NCBI GenBank assembly: GCA_963731795.1
Contig: CAVSWU010000003.1
Coordinates: 902,216 to 966,215, forward strand
DNA from: an uncultured delta proteobacterium
Lineage (GTDB): Bacteria; Myxococcota; Myxococcia; Myxococcales; Myxococcaceae
Reading direction: 5' to 3'
Length of the DNA: 64,000 nucleotides
Shown here: positions 60,335 through 64,000 of the stretch, in pieces
Numbering within the stretch: position 1 is the first letter of the stretch
How the letters are laid out: every line of letters begins with the position of its first letter
Translations under genes and position numbers: made by a program
The notes under the pieces: generated by a model
The model's input: only the letters and a program-made list of their open reading frames with translations
What the model was told of the DNA's origin: nothing
Database searches by the model: none

Positions 60335-62269
60335 ATGGGGTTTCCTCTGGGGCCCATGCGCTCCCGGATCCTCGTCCTCACGCTGCTCCTCACCGCCGCC
60401 TGCCATACCTCCCAGGAGATGACCGCCACCCAGGACGGGCTGGAGCTCCGAGCGGAAGCCCGAGACGACGCGGCCGTGGTGGAGCGGCTGCCGCTCGGCA
60501 CGCGGGTCAAGGTCTACGATGCCCGCTTCTGGGAGAGCCCGGACTGGCACCGCATCGAGACCAAGGCGGGCACTCGGTTCACGAAGCTCGACGGGCTGGC
60601 GCCCTACCCGCTCCGTGGCGAGACGCGGTTCGTCCGGCTGGAGGAGCTGCCCGTGCACGTGAGCCGAGAGGACTCGGGGCGTGTCGTCGAGACGCTGAAG
60701 CTGGGCGATGAAGTCCAGCTCCTGGCTCAGGATCCTCCTGGCGCGGCGGAGTACCACGGGATCATCCGCGAGGGGGCGCTGCACGGCTACGTGGACGAGT
60801 TCGGCCTCTCGGCGGAGAAGCCCCTCACGCGCAACCTCCTGACGAGCTCCAGCGAGCTGCTCAAGAAGGGTGACTTCGATCGAGCGAAGCAGCTCGCGCG
60901 TGCGGCCAAGGCGATGGCCGAGGGGACCGGCAAGAGCGGCGCGCTCGTGGAGGCGATCACCCGCGCGGAGAAGGAGCCCGCCGCGTTGAACGATGAGCTG
61001 ATCGACTTCGGCGCCAATGCGGCCAGTGAGGCGCCTCCGGGCAAGGGCGCCCTGGGCTATGTCGTTCCGTACCGCGCCCCGGTCCGGGAGGGCCCGGATG
61101 AGCGGGATGACACCCTCACCATGCTCCCGGTGGATGCGGCCGTGGAGGTGCTGGAGATCAAGGGCCCATGGGCCCAGGTGGCGCTGATCGCGAAGAAGAC
61201 GCCATGGATGGCGGTGGACCTCGGGGATCTCGCCAAGATCGATGCGGGCGAGACCGCGGCGCTCTCGCCGGCCCAGAGGAGCGGCCGCGCGCGGGGATAC
61301 ATGCGGCTCACCACGCTCCAGGCGAAGCGTCCGAGCGCCACCGAGCAGTTGGCCAAGGTGAACACGCTCTCGAAGGAGGAGCACGGCGATGAGCGGCTGG
61401 CGCTGCTCAAGCGGGCCCTGACCGTCGCCGAGCCCAAGGAGGTGCCCCCGGTTGCCACGGCACTGCTCGACGAGGCCTTTCAAGGCGAGCGGTACCAACT
61501 GGCGGTCGCCGCGGCCCTCCGGCTGAAGGAGGCGGGCTCGGCAGGCCCCCAGGGCGCAACGGGCAAGGGGTGGAAGCTCGAGACGGTCACGAGCCTCTAC
61601 GGCTGTTCCGGCTCTCCCCTGGAGGCTCAGATCGAGCAGCTGGACTTCACGCCGGACGGCGAGTTCCCGAAGCCGACGGGCAACGTCTGCGCCCTGGTGA
61701 CGGGGCTCTCATCACCCTGTGACGTGTGCCTCTCGGATCTCTCCGAGTACGACGCCAAGGAGAAACAGAACGTCCTGCGCAACAAGGTCGCCATCGACAA
61801 CACCCTCAGCACTCACGAGGAGGTGATCACGAGCCACCTGAAGGCCACGTCTCGCCTGGAGGACGCCTTTCCACGGCCCTCGCGAATGAAGGTGACGGTG
61901 CATGCCTCCTCCGGCTCGCCGCCCGGTCGCCTCTTCGTGTTCGAGCTGCCGCTCGATGTGGACCGCTACCAGACCGAACTCGTGGTGAAGCCCTTGTTCA
62001 AGGAGGCCCGAGTCTCAGAGGTGGCCCTCCCCGAGTCCGCCGCCGAGGGCCGCTGGGAGTACTGGATGAGCACGCTGCAGTGGGAGGACTCGGCCCACGG
62101 CGCGATCTTCTCCTCGGATCCGAAGGCTGCGTGGACGGCGGTGAAGGCGTTCGCACGAGCGCTTCAGGAGAAACCCAAGGCGCTGCTCTCACGCAATGAG
62201 GAGGCGGGCGTGGTGTACTCGCTCCACCTCTCGGATCACTGCGGCAGGTGCCCAAACCGCCACAAGTGA
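60335..62269 (+). CDS. Large hypothetical lipoprotein
   Basis: Signal MRSRILVLTLLLTAAC. The ORF has consistent coding statistics throughout. Confidence 0.65.
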   Translation: MGFPLGPMRSRILVLTLLLTAACHTSQEMTATQDGLELRAEARDDAAVVERLPLGTRVKVYDARFWESPDWHRIETKAGTRFTKLDGLAPYPLRGETRFVRLEELPVHVSREDSGRVVETLKLGDEVQLLAQDPPGAAEYHGIIREGALHGYVDEFGLSAEKPLTRNLLTSSSELLKKGDFDRAKQLARAAKAMAEGTGKSGALVEAITRAEKEPAALNDELIDFGANAASEAPPGKGALGYVVPYRAPVREGPDERDDTLTMLPVDAAVEVLEIKGPWAQVALIAKKTPWMAVDLGDLAKIDAGETAALSPAQRSGRARGYMRLTTLQAKRPSATEQLAKVNTLSKEEHGDERLALLKRALTVAEPKEVPPVATALLDEAFQGERYQLAVAAALRLKEAGSAGPQGATGKGWKLETVTSLYGCSGSPLEAQIEQLDFTPDGEFPKPTGNVCALVTGLSSPCDVCLSDLSEYDAKEKQNVLRNKVAIDNTLSTHEEVITSHLKATSRLEDAFPRPSRMKVTVHASSGSPPGRLFVFELPLDVDRYQTELVVKPLFKEARVSEVALPESAAEGRWEYWMSTLQWEDSAHGAIFSSDPKAAWTAVKAFARALQEKPKALLSRNEEAGVVYSLHLSDHCGRCPNRHK

Positions 62270-62324
62270 GCCGGAGCAGGCGGCCTCCGGCCCATCGCGG
62301 ACTCACGCCTGTGCCGAGGACGGC

Positions 62325-62747
62325 CTACGCCTTCACCAGCACGATGGGCTGGCCCTCGGGCACGTGCTTCATGGACACCGAGTTCATGCAGTAGCGCAGC
62401 CCCGTGGGCGGAGGGCCATCCGGGAAGACATGCCCCAGGTGCCCGTCGCAGCGGGCGCAGCGCACCTCGGTGCGAATCATTCCGTACGCGCGATCCTGGT
62501 ACTCCGTCACCGCGTCCGGGCCGATCGGCTGGGTGAAGGAGGGCCAGCCGGTGCCGGACTCGAACTTCACTCCCGCCTTGAAGAGCGGGTTGCCGCAGCC
62601 CGCACAGACATACGTGCCCGGCTCCTTCGTGCCGAGGAAGCACCCGGACCCCGGGCGCTCCGTGCCGTGGTTGCGCAACACTTCATACTCCTCGGGCGTC
62701 AGGCGCTTGCGCCACTCGGCATCGCTCAGCGTCAACTTGTCCACCAT
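62325..62747 (-). CDS. msrB: Peptide methionine sulfoxide reductase B
   Basis: It has the SelR motifs CAGCGNPLF, GWPSF and RCARCDGHLGHVF. Confidence 0.9.
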   Translation of the reverse strand: MVDKLTLSDAEWRKRLTPEEYEVLRNHGTERPGSGCFLGTKEPGTYVCAGCGNPLFKAGVKFESGTGWPSFTQPIGPDAVTEYQDRAYGMIRTEVRCARCDGHLGHVFPDGPPPTGLRYCMNSVSMKHVPEGQPIVLVKA

Positions 62748-62788
62748 GCTGTCTCGCTCCTCTCAAGGCTCCGCGGCCCACTGGAAGT

Positions 62789-63606
62789 GTATGCTCCCAC
62801 GCCGAATGCCCACAGAGCAGAGCGAAAGGGCGCCTGCCCCCCCGATTCCGGATCGACTCCGCCTCCCGCTGCGCTTCGACGCAGCGCGCCTCCAGGAGGA
62901 CCTCGGCAGACTGTCGCCGGACGACTGGGTGCCCCACTTCAACAAGGGCTACTACCAGGGCGAGTGGAGCGGCGTGGCCCTGCGCGCCATCGGCGGCAAC
63001 GCCCACAAGCTCTACCCGGACCCCACGGCTCCCGAGGCCTTCGCCGACACACCGATGCTCGCCCGCTGTCCCGCCGCGCGCGAGGCCTTGAGTGCCTTTG
63101 CCTGTCCTCTGCTCTCGGCGCGGTTGCTGAAGCTCGCCGCGGGGGCTCGCATCCGTGAGCACAGCGACTACAACCTGGGCTACGCCGATGGCGAGGTCCG
63201 CATCCACATCCCCATCACCACCAACCCAGAGGTGGAATTCCACCTCGCGGGCCAGCGCATCCCCTTCGCGACGGGAGAGTGCTGGTACCTCGACTTCAAC
63301 CTGCCCCACCGGGTGGAGAACCGAGGGAGCACCGATCGCGTTCACCTGGTGGTGGACTGCGTGCTGGATGACTGGCTGCGAGCGCTCTTCGCCCGCGCGG
63401 TGGCTCGCCAGGAGCTGGAGCGCTTCATCCAGCGCGTCCTGAGCGAGCCCTCGCTCCAGCAGCGGCTCCTGGAGGCTGCGGATCCGAAGGCCTTCTCCGA
63501 GCTCGCCCAGCGCCTGGGAGCAGAGCACGGCCATGCCTTCACCGCCGAGGAGCTTCAGTCCGCTCTGCGAGAGGCTCGAAGCGCCTGGCGGGAGAAGTGG
63601 GTATGA
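62789..63606 (+). CDS. Aspartyl/asparaginyl beta-hydroxylase-family (cupin, 2OG-Fe) protein
   Basis: The HxD...H triad is present (IREHSDYN ... PHRVEN). The length and fold match AspH/LpxO-like proteins. Confidence 0.7.
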
Positions 63607-64000
63607 GCTGGCCCGAGCGGCCCGCCCTTCCCTCCGCCGAGTGGATCCCCCTCCGGATCTATCCGAAGGACTCCCGGCTCTTCGTGGACTGGTGCCACCT
63701 GCGAGGCCTGCGCCTCACTGATCCCTTCTTCGATCAGACCATCGAGCGCTGCCTGCGCCACCCCTTCTCCCTGCTGTTCCGGCCGCAGACGCCCGTCGAG
63801 TGGCTGGAGCCGAGCGCCCTCCAGCCCGCGCTGTCGCCTCGCGGCTTCATCTTCCACCTGTCGCGCTGCGGCTCGACCTTGCTCTCGCAGATGCTGGCGG
63901 CGCTCCCGCGCAACGTGGTCCTCTCCGAGGCTGGCCCCATCGATTCGGTGTTGCGCGCGCACCTGCGAGTGCCTGGGATCACGGATGCGCAGCGCATCGA
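63604..64000 (+). CDS. Sulfotransferase-like protein, partial (runs off the window end)
   Basis: An ATGA overlap joins it to the upstream gene. The PAPS-binding-like motif FHLSRCGSTLLSQML is present. Confidence 0.55.

Overview
This is a high-GC (~69%) chromosomal segment that looks myxobacterial (Myxococcales-like): lipoproteins, Ser/Thr kinase, FHA, TPR and MJ0042-type zinc-ribbon proteins are abundant. It encodes about 60 genes. Housekeeping genes include lysC, hutH, thrC, tmk, pcm, recG, greA and msrB. There are many secreted or lipoprotein hydrolases (CHAP, GH5, GH19, M14) and redox proteins.

The most striking content is a low-GC (50-65%) island at ~26.7-38.6 kb. It carries a complete Type I restriction-modification system (hsdM, hsdS ... 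hsdR). Between hsdS and hsdR sits a lipoprotein polymorphic toxin with a C-terminal PD-(D/E)xK nuclease-like domain, two tandem paralogous immunity-like genes, an unknown gene, and three copies of a 22-bp perfect palindromic element.

A second, smaller low-GC toxin/immunity-like pair lies at 11.35-13.08 kb and overlaps the 3' end of hutH. Two unrelated lipoproteins (a CHAP hydrolase and the nuclease toxin) share a conserved post-lipobox leader motif (LRYRPATP), suggesting a common delivery signal.

Many conserved genes carry apparent single-base frameshifts at homopolymer runs, clustered in ~36.9-44.9 kb and ~49.2-55 kb. This pattern looks like draft-quality sequence rather than genuine pseudogenes, so every pseudogene call here is provisional. 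No rRNA, tRNA, CRISPR array, transposase or integrase was recognised.
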